DNA of 63,839 nucleotides, counting the filler, from Octopus bimaculoides (taxonomy: Eukaryota), in NCBI RefSeq assembly GCF_001194135.2. It is 6 parts of 6 records of this genome, joined end to end, with 100 filler letters (N's around TTAATTAATTAA, not from the genome) between each part and the next. Parts side by side here need not be neighbours in the genome. Positions count along the whole stretch, not along the records: positions 38,035 to 58,809 come from NC_068993.1; positions 58,910 to 62,724 come from NW_026398414.1; positions 62,825 to 63,839 come from NC_069005.1; 3 more parts are not named here. The stretch is one strand, 5' to 3'. The translations under genes were made by a program, and so were the position numbers. Positions 49,921 to 63,707 of the stretch are shown here, in pieces. Positions within the stretch are counted from its first letter, which is position 1, and each line of letters begins with the position of its first letter. Below the pieces are notes generated by a model. The model did no database searches. It was given only the letters and a program-made list of their open reading frames with translations, and was not told where the DNA came from.

Positions 49921-50164
49921 AAATGTCATAATTTCACGGGTATCACTTACTACCTCCATATTCACGAGTCTTAACTACCGTGCCATAATGTCACGAGTAT
50001 CACCTACTATCTCGTAATCAAGTTATAACAGGAGTATCAGTAGTAACTCCGACTGATTCTCAATCCAAAAGTCAAGAAAGGAACCGAAACGCGGTCACTC
50101 GGTTGGCAAAAACTACAGGTCAATCTCTAAACAATATAAAGTCTTACAAAGAAGGACATTTGTA

Positions 50165-50365
50165 TAATGGTGTCAAAATTTGGCACAAGGCCAGCAACTT
50201 TCGGATAGATCGTTTACATCGAACCTAGTTTTTAACTGGTACTTATTTTATCGATACCGAATTGATGAAAGGCAAAGTCGAAATCAGTGAAATTTCTTAA
50301 CTCAGAACGTAAAGCCAGATGAAATGTTGCGAAGCAGTTTGTTCGCCGCACTAACAATTCTGCCC
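50165..50365 (-). mobile_element. SINE family B, diverged
   Basis: 'ggcacaaggccagcaac..aactggtacttattttatcgat..gatgaaaggcaaagtcg..ctcagaacgtaaag'. Confidence 0.8.
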
Positions 50366-50927
50366 CCTCGACATTGTATGATGCGTAAAAGAAAACAAAA
50401 ATAAAGACAGGATGGCCTCGACTGGAACGCTTTTAAACATAGATCTCAATCAGAGATGGCTCAGTGTTACCAGAAAGAAGACCAATAATCGGAACAAATA
50501 TCTATTATAATTTGTAAATAAAGATAAGGCTTCACCAAGTGGGATTCGAACTTGAAGAGATTCTATCAAAAAGAAGTATAATTTTACTCTGTGTGGATTA
50601 GGGGTATACAATTCATGAAGTACAGTATACAACGGGTGTCTTACGTACCCCTGGATGAATGTCAAAGTCACCTCTGATGGAATTTGAAACTATCCCGCAA
50701 AAAGACGGTTACTAAACACGATACTGCAAGGAATTTAGCGCGGAGCTTTAACACATTTCCACCTGTCATTCCGCTTTCTTCGAAATAAATGGTAAATGAA
50801 GACTTCCATCTTCCCTTATTTGTTGTAGAGCTATCTTTACTCACATATACAAACCTACACTTAAACTCATTCAATCACACATGCACAGACATGCACATGC
50901 AGACGCATACACAGAAACGATCCTCAG

Positions 50928-50987
<60 letters not shown>

Positions 50988-51703
50988 GACAAACGTCAGC
51001 TTACACACACAAACATCTCTCAATATGCACACACACTTTATATACATATACATCAACATGCAAATAACCATTCATACACACACACACGCACGCACACATG
51101 CATACACACAGACATTCCTTTACACGAAAATACTTCAGCAAACATACACACACATATACGCACACTCTTACACACCTTCTTCTACAAGCGGACATAACAT
51201 TCTTCCACGCATACAGTCACACACACACACAAACACACTAGTACAATAACCTCCACATACACACACACACATAATCTTTACCTCTAAGAACTCTGTCACA
51301 CACACACACACCTGTTTAAATGCCACCACTGCCAACTACCACAGCCCAGACACCCCACCATCACACACACATCTGCTATTATAACCATCCGATCACCACC
51401 ACCACCACCACCACCACCACCACACACCACCACCACCGCCGTACCATCACCGTCATTACCACGACTACTGCCACTACCACTAGCATCATCATCACCACCA
51501 CCATTAGATGCTCACACAGGCATTAGTTACTATTTAAACTAACGCATGACATTTTATCAGTTTCCTCGCTTCACTGGTTTCCGCCATCTTCTGTTTCCCA
51601 CATCACCACATCATCACACAAACACACAAACACCCCACCCCATCTTTTTCTCTCTTCGTATCTAACTTATTCCACAACACACCACTACACACCCCATCAC
51701 CCA

Positions 51704-51739
<36 letters not shown>

Positions 51740-51820
51740 TCTCTCTCTTTCTCTCTCTCACTTTCTTCTCACTCTCCCGGTTTTCTTAGTTCGACTCTTT
51801 CTAAATCTATTCTACACAAC

Positions 51821-52000
51821 TGCCATTCCGTCAGATTCAACGACGAGCGTTCCAGTTGATCCGATCAACGGAACAGCCTGCTCGTGAACTTAACATGCAA
51901 GTGGCTGAGTACTCCGCAGACAAACAAACCCTTAACATATGGAGATTCAGCGTGACACAGAATGTGAAAAAGTTGGCTTCTTTAAATATAGGTACAACTA
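51821..52000 (-). mobile_element. SINE family C 3' fragment
   Basis: Reverse complement matches 20150-20340 ('cagccacttgcatgttaagttcacgagcaggctgttccgttgatcggatcaactggaac'). Confidence 0.85.
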
Positions 52001-52998
52001 ATAACATACACGCGCGCGCACACCGCACACACATACACACACACACACACACAAACAGCACACATCCGGTCAGATGCATAGACACACATACACATACAAG
52101 CATTATACGTCACTGCATATTTTTAACTGCAGAAGAAGCTGTGTTCAAATGCGTCCTCACTAATATAAGTCGCAAGTTGCTCTCAACAACAATGGATTTA
52201 ACGAGAAGGTACATATTTTCCTGGATATAATATCCAGAATCAAAGGATCGGAACCCTAAAATTTCGTAGTATACAGCTGTGTTCGTAATATACAGCTGTG
52301 TACAGCTGTCTTCAATGAAATATCTGAAGATTTCTTGGCCCCGTCTATCATCTTCCGGGTCAAGTATTAAGGAAGGCCATTCTGCAAATATCACTACCTC
52401 TTCTGCAGACATCACTACCTCTGCAAACATCACTACCTCTATTAGAAGTTTCAACGCCAAACAAATTTTTGTCGGACAATTACCCTCTTGATGTTAATTG
52501 GCTGTCAAATTCATTAATACACTACTCTAAGATAGTTGAGTTATAATTTTAAGCGAAATCATACACTGGATTAACTGCACAACATTTTAAGATACGGAAT
52601 TATCAGCAGAGGCATTCCTTGTTAAACCTGAAAGCAACTTTAAAACTTTTTTGTCGTAGTATATTTCATTTCTGAAGGAGAAAAGCAAGCATAATGTAGG
52701 TATGACTTGCTTTTCCTTGGATCAAGCTGACTCGAACAACCATAGAAGCTATAGATCGATAACTCCTGGTCGAGTCGGCCTATATGAAACGCTTTTGATA
52801 TTCTTATGGGATTCTTATCGTTTGAAATTATAACCAAAACTTTTATATCCTTGTAAATATGCTCTAAAGTACCTGCTCAGTCGATAACGCCAAACTCATT
52901 TTGTCCTGTGCCCTGTCAGCATATGTGTGTCCGTGTGTCTGTGCGCGCGAGCGAGTGTGTATGTATACACACGCACAAGTTTATGTATTCATATATTG

Positions 52999-53354
52999 TT
53001 TTACTTGTTTCAGTCATTTGACTGCGGCCATGTTGGAGCACCGCCTTTAGTCGAAGAAATCGATCCCAGGACTTATTCTTTGTAAGCCTAGTACTTATCC
53101 TATCGGTCTCTTTTGCCGAACCACTAGGTTACGGGGACGTAAATACACCAGCATCGGTTGTCAATCGATGTTACGGAGACAAACACAGACACAAATGTGA
53201 ACACACACACACACACANNNNNNNNNNNNNNNNNNNNNNNNNNNNNNNNNNNNNNNNNNNNNNNNNNNNNNNNNNNNNNNNNNNNNNNNNNNNNNNNNNN
53301 NNNNNNNNNNNNNNNNNNNNNNNNNNNNNNNNNNNNNNNNNNNNNNNNNNNNNN

Positions 53355-53386
<32 letters not shown>

Positions 53387-53540
53387 GACGGGCTTCTTTC
53401 AGCTTCTGTCTACCAAATCCACTCACAAGGCTTTGGTCAGCCTGAGACTATAGTAGAAGACACTTACCCAAGGTGCCACGCAATAGGACTGAACCCGAAA
53501 CCATGTAGTTGGTGAGCAAGCTATTTACCACACAACCACA
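52999..53540 (-). mobile_element. SINE family A, near full length
   Basis: Head, body, internal microsatellite/gap and tail all present. Confidence 0.9.
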
Positions 53541-54068
53541 TCAATACATACATACATACATACATACATACATACATACATACATACAGGCATTACTCTC
53601 TTACACGAATTGGTATTAATTTATTTTTGTTTACAATTTAATCACATACATTGTTCATTCGACATAGTTAAAAGAATTTTCGCCCTTCACACGAAATTTT
53701 CTAGACATCTTCAGCGTCTGATTCCTGTATTTCAATATTGTACAGTTACCGCTTTTACACGAATGTATATTCTTTATATCAATTTTGTTACGCTTTAATC
53801 GTATGCATACTTTATTAAATAAATATTATAAACTAATGTGGACTTTATTATGGTAGCTTCCATTAACTGGGGCCACCATACGCCTACCCCACTTATTCTA
53901 ATCATTCCATGTATGGAATTGTTTTCAAATTAAGGCCTCAAAAACGATATCTTAGAGATATATTCAGCACCCAGTCAAAACATTACATTTAAAAAATATT
54001 TTCTGCATTTCCTCTTTCGCTTCATCTCTCCTCCTCTGTATGTATGCATGTGTGTGTGCGTATATCTA

Positions 54069-54170
<102 letters not shown>

Positions 54171-54708
54171 GAGAGAGAGAGAGAGAGAGAAAAGAGAGAG
54201 AGGGAAAAGAGAGAGAGAGAGAAAAAAAAGAGAGAGATAGATTTATAATATCCCTCGTTGCTTGCTCTTAATTGTTCAAAAATGTTTCGTTTCTCATATT
54301 TCCTTTCCAAAGACAGATTTACATCCTGCGGCCTGTGCACATCCGTGAGTGTATGTACACGCACGCGCACATGTGTGCGTGTGTGTGTGTGTGTGTGTGT
54401 GCACTTATATACGCACACACACACACAAACACACACACATATATTTATATACACACACATATGTATATACACGCACATATGCATATGTGCATGTCTGTCT
54501 GTCTGTCTGTATGTATGTATGTATGTATGTTTGTATATATACTGCTTCCCCCTTCTATTCAGCGTTACCGACTGAAGATCGTATATGAGGAACGATTTGA
54601 GAATTTGGGGCTTCTTCTAACTGTAGCTCTATCTCCTGCATTGAGTACTCTCTTATGTCCTTCAATTTAACAATAATTGTGTTCTTTCTCACATATACAC
54701 ACGTGCAA

Positions 54709-54774
<66 letters not shown>

Positions 54775-54974
54775 CGTGTATGTGTGTATGTGTGTGTGTA
54801 CATGTGTGTGCTGTGTGCTGCTTCGCACCTGATGCGTATGGACATGAACAACAACAACAGCAACGTCAACAACATCAACCGATTTAAGTATTTATATTAC
54901 AAAACGTGTGTGTCTGTGTGTGTCTGTGTGTGTGTATGCGGATGTGTTTGTACATCTGTGTAAATGTGTATTGA

Positions 54975-55950
54975 CGTTCTCTCTCCTTCTCTTTTCTCTT
55001 TCTCCTTCTCTCTTTCATCCCACCACCCATTCTCACTCGTTCTTTTTCTCTTCCTTTCTTCTCTCCTTCTTCTCGTTCCTTCTTTTCTTTCATCCTGACC
55101 CTCTTTCTCTGCTTCCTCTGTTTTTACTTCTTTCTCACGGTTCAACCTTTTCACCTCGACTCCCCCTCCTCATTCCTCTCCCTTCCCCCTCTCTTTCTTT
55201 TCCTCTTTTCTTTCTCCCCCTCCCTTCCCCTTGTAACACTTTATCACTATCACCATTCCCCACTCTAACCACTCTTCCTCTTCTTTCTTTTCACCTTCTT
55301 GCCCTCATCTTTTCAACCTGTCACCATTTCACTCCTTTTTCTCATTCTCTTCTTCTTTCCTTCCTTCGACTCACTCATTCCTTCCTTTCTTCCCTCCTTC
55401 CTTGCTTCCTACTTTTCTTCCCTCATTCATTCATTCGCTCTTTTTCTCCCCCTTTCAACCATTTCCAATCCCTCCCTCCCTCACACCTTTCCCCTAAATC
55501 ATTTTTCTCTCATTCTCTTCTCGCACATCCTTGCTTCTTCCTCTTCTATCCTCCTCTCTTTCATAATCTGTCTTTCAACCACTTCTCTCTCTCTTTCTTT
55601 CTCTCCCTCTCTGATTCTTTCTTTCCTACTTCTTCACAATAGCCAACTCTTTCTCTCCCACCCTCCTTCTCTCTCTATCTCCCTCTCTCTCTCTCTTTCT
55701 CTCTCTCTCTATCTCTCTCTATCTATCTATCTATCTCTCTGGCAAACTCGCACCTTCCAACTCATTCTTTCTCTTTCGCTACCGTTCTTTCTTTCTCCTT
55801 CATTCTTCTCTCACCCTTTCTTCTCTTTTTTCCTTTCAATCCTTTTGGTCTCTCCTCCTCTCCGACTTTCTTCTTTTCTCTTTCTCTCCCCATCACACTT
55901 CTCTCTCTCTCTCTATTCAAACTCCCGCTCTGTCTCCTCTCATTTCAGCT
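54975..55950 (+). repeat. ~1-kb polypyrimidine (C/T) low-complexity tract
   Basis: Very few G residues; explains the two 244-aa S/L/F/P ORFs. Confidence 0.9.
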
Positions 55951-56316
55951 TCGCCTTATTCCCTCACACAATAATCGACAATCCTGACCCTAACTCAAAT
56001 CTATTTAATATCATCTTAACCCGATCCACTTAAACTTCTCAACCCTGTTGTTCCGAGATCGAATCTCCGAGAAAGAACTTTTCCTGAGCTGGCGGAAACG
56101 TTCGCCTCTCAAAATGGTGATTATGGTGTAAAGGTATTTAAAAAAAATACAAAACGGAATCATCAGATTCGGTCTAAAGAGGGAATTAAAGGATACAAAT
56201 ATACATATTGTGTGTGTGTGTGTGTGTGAGTGTGTGTGTGTGTGTTTGTACACCTATATAGATACATACATTTGTGTATATAAGTTCGTACACACAAGCA
56301 CACACACATACATACA

Positions 56317-56388
<72 letters not shown>

Positions 56389-56559
56389 TGACCACGCTCA
56401 CACACACACATCGATGTATAAAACATTGGCTGTCACTCGTGAATAGATAGGATTCGGTCAGGTGTATCTCTTTTTAGCTTAATGTATTAGGCACCTATGC
56501 ACTTGAAAAGCAGTTGAGGGTACCATTTGGGCCTCAGCTCTTGAGAGAGAGAAAGGGGC

Positions 56560-56601
<42 letters not shown>

Positions 56602-56791
56602 GGGGGTGAATCTACCGACTGATACGTGACTGTTGCTCTCTTTCAGTTGAGTAGAATGGAGCAACATCAAGTGCCTCTCACACACGCACCCACATACACA
56701 TGTACACGCACACACACACATACACACGCCCCCCCCACACACACACACACGCCCCCCACACACATATGAACTATAAAGGTTTCAAATCTTC

Positions 56792-56912
56792 TTGGCAGAA
56801 GGCCAGTGATTCCTGGGAAGGCGGTTAATTCGATTACTTCGACCCCAGTACGCAACTGGTACTTATGTTATGGACCCCAAAGAGATGAAGGGCAAAGTCG
56901 TTCTTGGCGGGG
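56792..56912 (-). mobile_element. SINE family B fragment
   Basis: 'ttcgaccccagtacgcaactggtactta..gatgaagggcaaagtcg'. Confidence 0.75.
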
Positions 56913-57369
56913 GGACACATGAACGATATTAAAGAAATATTTATAAGAAAGTAAAAATAAATTTCAGACAGAAAAAAAGTAAAGCAAAGAAAAATAAAAC
57001 CGAAAATAGTATCAGATCGATAAACAATATTGAGTGAATTCGAACCCCCGTTGCTAATATTTGCACGGAACTCTTTGTACCGACTGTACCAAAGCGAGTG
57101 ACTGCACGTATTTTGAAGACAGGAAACGGATGGGCATAGAAACACCTACGTCGTCATTGCCAGCATCAGGCCATGCTGTAGCATAACAAGCACCAAACCT
57201 AAGCTGAAGAGACACACGTTCGCCTACAGTATATCCCCCGACACCACCGCCACAGACACACAGACACAAGCAAGGAGAAACAAGGGAGAGAAAGGTAGAA
57301 ATCCCTGGAACAAATCATAAAAGGTAAAACTCCCCGCCTCTCCCGAAAAATCTCAAGGTGGTTGCTCTG

Positions 57370-57379
57370 GCGCATGCGC
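57370..57379. promoter_or_regulatory. GCGCATGCGC (NRF1-type palindrome) in a CpG-rich non-repetitive patch
   Basis: Exact motif present; any function is inferred. Confidence 0.3.
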
Positions 57380-57556
57380 ACAACGACTACGGCCCTTGTC
57401 GACTTCAACTGCTGCACACGGCAGAATGCATTCGTTCTTACGTGTGCATGACACCTGTTGAGGTAGGATGCCCGTTCTAGTGCACTTTTTTGGTGACAGC
57501 TATTGCAGCGTCGCACGCTTGCAGTTTGCAGCGGCGGCAGCAGCATCGAAAATGCC

Positions 57557-57620
<64 letters not shown>

Positions 57621-57787
57621 ATGGTGGTGGTGTTCGAAAGAATAGCAGAAATGGTGCTGGTGGCGGTGGCGGTAGCGATGGCGATATTGGCGGCGTGTGT
57701 TATAGTAGTATGCAATGTCAAAGCAGGACATTCCGTATTTCGATGTGTGTGCGTGTGTGTGTGTTTGTGTGAGAGTGTATACATACA

Positions 57788-57823
<36 letters not shown>

Positions 57824-58034
57824 TATATATNNNNNNNNNNNNNNNNNNNNNNNNNNNNNNNNNNNNNNNNNNNNNNNNNNNNNNNNNNNNNNNNNNNNNN
57901 NNNNNNNNNNNNNNNNNNNNNNNNNNNNNNNNNNNNNNNNNNNNNNNNNNNNNNNNNNNNNNNNNNNNNTGTGTGTGTGTGTGTGTGTAGACGCACATAC
58001 TTGTACGTATATATGCATATACTCATTTATTATT

Positions 58035-58071
<37 letters not shown>

Positions 58072-58188
58072 TACACATATATACACATATACATATACAT
58101 ACTATATATTTGTGTGTATTTACCTATCTATCTATATATCTATCTATCCATCTTTCTATCTATCTATCTATCTACCTATCTATCTATC

Positions 58189-58260
<72 letters not shown>

Positions 58261-58773
58261 CAAACACACACACACACACACACTCTCTATCGCACATACA
58301 TGTATCTACAGCACGACATTCAACGTGTACATCAGCATCACTTTCTTCAGCGCCATCGTCGTCGTCGTCGTCGTCGTCGTCGCCTCGCCGTTAACAATTC
58401 ACTCACTGGAATCTATAATCCTTATGCACAAAGTCAAACTCACTGGTGCGCACACACGCACGCAAACATGTACAAAACGCACGCACACTCACACACACAC
58501 AGCGCTATAAGTACACGCATACGCAAACACACACATAGATCTACGTCCATAAATGAACGGAAGCCACACAAAATACATATTTTATTCGACACAAAAATAA
58601 AACACCAACCATAAACAGACATTCTAATGTAATACAGAATCTGTATGTATGATAGCCTTTATGTATTTCTGTGTATGTACGTTTGTATGTATGTACATAT
58701 CTCTATATTATATACAGATATATATATATATACATATATGTATATGTGTGTGTATGTATGCATGTATGTATAT

Positions 58774-58809
<36 letters not shown>

Positions 58810-58909
58810 NNNNNNNNNNNNNNNNNNNNNNNNNNNNNNNNNNNNNNNNNNNNTTAATTAATTAANNNNNNNNNNNNNNNNNNNNNNNNNNNNNNNNNNN
58901 NNNNNNNNN
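58810..58909. other. Artificial scaffold spacer
   Basis: N44-TTAATTAATTAA-N44. Confidence 0.97.
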
Positions 58910-58937
58910 TACGGACAGATAGATACACTATTTTATT

Positions 58938-59035
58938 CAAGCTGAAGACGATTTGACAACCATTTGCTCAGAACCTCGCGGAAACGTTCATCAAATACTC
59001 TGACGAACGATTAGATGAAACTCTGAGTAGCAGTT
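58938..59035 (+). ncRNA. Two tandem degenerate hammerhead-like motifs
   Basis: CUGAAGA(58942)..GAAACGU and CUGACGA(59000)..GAAACUCUGAGUA, both with near-palindromic stem III; stems I and II are poor. Confidence 0.35.
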
Positions 59036-59467
59036 TGCGAGGGTATTCTCAGCTTGTATACAAAAGTATTTTACTCTAGCTTTGGTATTCGAGAACTATA
59101 GTTCCACCCTGCTTTGCGCCCGTGTTTTTTCNNNNNNNNNNNNNNNNNNNNNNNNNNNNNNNNNNNNNNNNNNNNNNNNNNNNNNNNNNNNNNNNNNNNN
59201 NNNNNNNNNNNNNNNNNNNNNNNNNNNNNNNNNNNNNNNNNNNNNNNNNNNNNNNNNNNNNNNNNNNNNNNNNNNNNNNNNNNNNNNNNNNNNNNNNNNN
59301 NNNNNNNNNNNNNNNNNNNNNNNNNNNNNNNNNNNNNNNNNNNNNNNNNNNNNNNNNNNNNNNNNNNNNNNNNNNNNNNNNNNNNNNNNNNNNNNNNNNN
59401 NNNNNNNNNNNNNNNNNNNNNNNNNNNNNNNNNNNNNNNNNNNNNNNNNNNNNNNNNNNNNNNNNNN

Positions 59468-59519
<52 letters not shown>

Positions 59520-59520
59520 T

Positions 59521-59559
<39 letters not shown>

Positions 59560-60035
59560 CTAAATGATAGATAGATATGTGTATATATAGCTTTTGCCGA
59601 AGATCCTCTAAGTTTGATATTATTGTTTACACTTTAAATTGTTTGAATTCTTTGAGCGTTCTCTAATATATTTCAAATCGTATTTCGCCTGTATCTTTTG
59701 ACCAGTTTTTCTGTGAAACTGCTTCTGCTTTGTTTCTCTTTTCATTGCACCCGACAAGTTGTACATAATTGCTTTAACCCCTACATCCACACTTGACTTT
59801 TTCTCTCCTCTCTCAATATCTCTAATGCAGGCTTTTTAATCGCCTCTATCTGCCCGTTTACATATACGTTTATACATGTATACACAAATATGTATGTATG
59901 TAAGTATGTATGTATGTAGTTATGTATGTATGTATGTATGTAAGTTGGTAGGTAGATAGGTAGGTAGGTAAGTAGGTAGGTAGGTAGGTAGGTAGGTAGG
60001 TAGGTGGGTAGGTAGATATGTATGTAGGTAGGTGT

Positions 60036-61130
60036 ATTATTATTATTCAGTTTTATTTCAAGATGTCTTGCCAGTAGAGAAAGAGCCGGTTTCTAAACTA
60101 GATCCAAGGCTCCTTCATTGGAATTTCAACGTCAACAACAGGGTATTTTTGTTTGTATATATGTATGTATGTATACGTACAGATTTGTATGTTTTGTTTC
60201 ATGTATGTCTTCGCATGCATATACTTGCATATCTAGACATGCTCATATATACATAAATGATAAACTTCTGGAAAGTTTTACAGATTTTTCAATTCCTGAT
60301 GGCTTGGATCTGTAATCTTCGACTCAGCTTTCTTCTTTCTGGATTTGAGAAGCATAATTTCTCAAGATTGCTATATGGGAAATGTGTTACATATCCCAGT
60401 GCCCCAATAATTACAGGTATAAACATGAACTTGTAGTCTGGATAGAGTAACTGCAGATTTCTCAATAGTTCAGCGTAGGAATTCTCTTTTTCACTGATAT
60501 TCAGCCTTATGCTAACATCCATTGGGCAGCTGATTTCCACAACTGTACGCAGTTTTACTTCACTATCCCAAATCATTATATCAAGTGTTCACATTTTATT
60601 GGGATTTTCACTGGGACATTTCAACAGTACTCCTTTTTAGTATAAGTAGCTATGTCTTCCACTATACTGTAGGTTCTTGTTTCTTTGTCCTCAGGGTTAT
60701 CCATTCGACGGGTGCGTTATACTGTGTCCTAGCTACAACATTATGTCTCATCGGTAGATAATATCATGATGACATTTCCGGACAACTGCTTATGATGTGG
60801 GTGGTATCTTCGGTGTTAACTCCACAAAGTCTGCATCGATTGTCACATTTTACTGCTTTCCATGGATTTCTGTCCCTGTTATACATCAGGTATTTGGTTG
60901 ATATTTCCTGTTACTGGTTTGCAAATGAATGCCATTCAAAGTGGGAAGTAGTAATCCGGTTGTTGGTCTATATCAGATTCTTTTGATGATGATCAATGTT
61001 ACTATCATCTAGGAGCTTTCTACAAACGGATCTATGCATGGTCTTCTGCTCATATACGCTCATCCTTTTATCTGGTAATACAATGCGGTAGAACCGTGCG
61101 ATTTCTTTGAGTATGTATTTAAGGTTATGT
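60036..61130 (-). mobile_element. R4/Dong-like RLE retrotransposon 3' ~1.1 kb with 3' UTR and (TAA)n tail
   Basis: CRLCGVNTEDTTHIISSCP..MRHNVVA (CCHC), IWDSEVK..VVEISCPMD..KENSYAEL and IPVIIGALG; tail 'aaactgaataataataat'. Confidence 0.9.
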
Positions 61131-61158
61131 ATGCAGTATGCATGCATGTATGTATGTA

Positions 61159-61723
61159 TGTAGCCCACTATATGATGTAGCCCACTATTGAATGTAGAGT
61201 ATAGATGTAAGGCTTAAAGATTTTCGCGTCGGAGTAACCAGTGAACATTGAAGAATCAACACCAAGAAAGAAGAAATATATATATGTATATATTCGTTTG
61301 CCCGGCAGGTAGTAAAAGAAACCGCAGCAATTCTAGTGATAATGGCAACACGGTTGGCTCGCTGGTTAGTAGTTGATAGTGTAGAAGTTGCTGTTAGAAG
61401 AGAGTGAAAGAGTAAAGAATGTATGGTGCTGACTAGAAAAGAAGAAAGCTTTACTTCGTACGTCGAGCTAAGGGCGAAGGGAAAGCGCAGCTCTTGGTCA
61501 TGAGTGACGCAGAAGAGCGTGTTGCTCCTTGGTCTACTGACACGAAAAAGAGTGTTGCTTCTAAACAAATCACTGTCCTTTCCTTGATCAGCACAGGTCC
61601 TAGGGCGTCGAGTGTTTCCTCATCAATCATCTGATGCGGAGGGGGTTTCCCCCTCGTTTTTACAAGCAACAATCAGGTGGATTTGGTTTCAAATCTCATG
61701 CAAGGCGATGCAAGGTCACAACA
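61159..61723. mobile_element. Possible solo LTR (TGT...ACA)
   Basis: Non-microsatellite block beginning tgtagcccac (duplicated at 61159 and 61176) and ending gtcacaaca; no clear target-site duplication. Confidence 0.25.
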
Positions 61724-61735
61724 TATTTAAAAATA

Positions 61736-62392
61736 ATGGAAAATTGAAATGAGTTGAATAAAAATTTTAAAAATTAATGGGATAGTAAAAATTAAGGGCA
61801 AATGTGATCCACAAAAGCTAAAAATAATAAAAGGTAAGATAAATAAATATATAATATGTATATATAAAAATGAAGGAAGATGGCGTGAGAGAAAAAGAGA
61901 GGCAAAAATTTCAACTAGAGAGAGAAAGAGGAGAAAATAGGAAAATAGAGATAGAAGGGAAAAACATAATAAGGATAAATGTTTGTTTGAATATACGTGT
62001 ATATGTTTGATGTAGCATTTTTATATCTTTAAATTACGGTGGGTAGCAAACTGAATAATNNNNNNNNNNATGGAAAATTGAAATGAGTTGAATAAAAATT
62101 TTAAAAATTAATGGGATAGTAAAAATTAAGGGCAAATGTGATCCACAAAAGCTAAAAATAATAAAAGGTAAGATAAATAAATATATAATATGTATATATA
62201 AAAATGAAGGAAGATGGCGTGAGAGAAAAAGAGAGGCAAAAATTTCAACTAGAGAGAGGAAGAGGAGAAAATAGGAAAATAGAGATAGAAGGGAAAACAT
62301 AATAAGGATACATGTTTGGTTGAATATACGTGTATATGTTTGATGTAGCATTTTTATATCTTTAAATTACGGTAGGTAGCAAACTGAATAAT
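61736..62392 (+). repeat. ~324-bp direct duplication either side of a 10-N gap (probable haplotype overlap)
   Basis: 61736-62059 versus 62070-62392, about 5 differences. Confidence 0.85.
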
Positions 62393-62724
62393 AGAAAAAT
62401 ATAGTGGATGGACGTAAAAGGCAAGATCTGTGCACATGATTAATTAGAAAGTGTGTGAAATAAGGTATATTAGAAAGACATAAAGAACAAGGCTTTACAA
62501 ATGAGTATATAAAGGTATATAGAAAGACATTCAAAATAGGTGTGGGTATGTGATATATATATATATAAAAGAATATTCATAAAAATAAGAAAAGAAAATA
62601 TTTTAAAAGGGACAAATGTGTAAAACAAGAAAAGTTTGCAGAGGAACAACATACATCAATCAATATATTTATCATACTGATAGAAAAATATTTTGTTGGA
62701 GGAATAAAAACGGGGCTGGGTGGT

Positions 62725-62824
62725 NNNNNNNNNNNNNNNNNNNNNNNNNNNNNNNNNNNNNNNNNNNNTTAATTAATTAANNNNNNNNNNNNNNNNNNNN
62801 NNNNNNNNNNNNNNNNNNNNNNNN
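62725..62824. other. Artificial scaffold spacer
   Basis: N44-TTAATTAATTAA-N44. Confidence 0.97.
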
Positions 62825-63039
62825 AACATTCCTCTGGAAGGGAGGACTCATTGCGTGTCCCACATGATAGGATAAGTTTTTTTTTTTTTCTCAGACTAGA
62901 TCTTCTCCAAGTCCAGGAAACTTCTAATGAATATTTTCTTTCTTTTTTTTCGGCATAACCTAGATGTCATTGACCGTCAACACTTAGTTCAAATGTACGA
63001 ATTAACGTTTTACAACAGATTGTATTAATATTTTTTTTG

Positions 63040-63170
63040 AAAGAGGTCGACTTCACCTTTCGTCCTTTCGGAGTCGATAAATTAAGTACCAGTTGCATAT
63101 TGGGGTCGATCTAATCGACTGGCCTCCTCCTCAAAAATTTCGGACCTCGTGCCTAGAGTAAAAAAGAATG
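63040..63170 (+). mobile_element. SINE family B 3' half
   Basis: 'gaggtcgacttcacctttcgtcctttcggagtcgataaattaagtaccagttg..gcctagagtaaaaaagaat'. Confidence 0.85.
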
Positions 63171-63707
63171 TTCTTTTGAAAGTCAACCCCTAATTTCAAC
63201 TCTAAGAATTAATGTTTTACAATAGATACCATTTATGTTCTAACACGCATTAACCGTGTTAAAAAGCAATCATATTTTAATAACTTCTGTTTATAGAAAA
63301 AACACAGTTTATTTGAAGTTTAGGCAAAAGACACAAGCAAACTCATTTTTGCAAGTGTCAGGCGTGGAAAACTTTAATTGAAGTGAATTTTATTGCTGCA
63401 GTGACGATGACGATACTAACAACAACAATAAAATGAACGTTGACACCCACATAAACAGACATAATTTCTGCCATGTGAGAAATGCCCCAATAGAGACATC
63501 CATGTCAATTTTCCCTAATTGCCTCTTTAATTCAGTTTTTGAATATATAAGAAGTACAGTCCAAAAGGTAAAACTGCTTACAAAATCACCGATATTTACT
63601 ATCGGCAAGATTTAAGTATGTGTGAGTGTGAATGTTGCAGTTAATGTCGTCATTGCTGTTGTTTATCCTTTTGCTGAGAATATTTAAGTTAATTTTACTA
63701 TCATTAA

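Noticed and set aside
50050-50105. ctgatt..ccgaaacgcggtc possible hammerhead
   Set aside because: The core is CUGAUUC and there is no credible stem II.
54908-56033. Two 244-aa ORFs
   Set aside because: Pyrimidine-only composition excludes stop codons; the product is low-complexity S/L/F/P.
63536-63567. Possible 32-bp exon (FEYIRSTVQK) with AG/GT borders
   Set aside because: Too short to distinguish from chance without transcript data.
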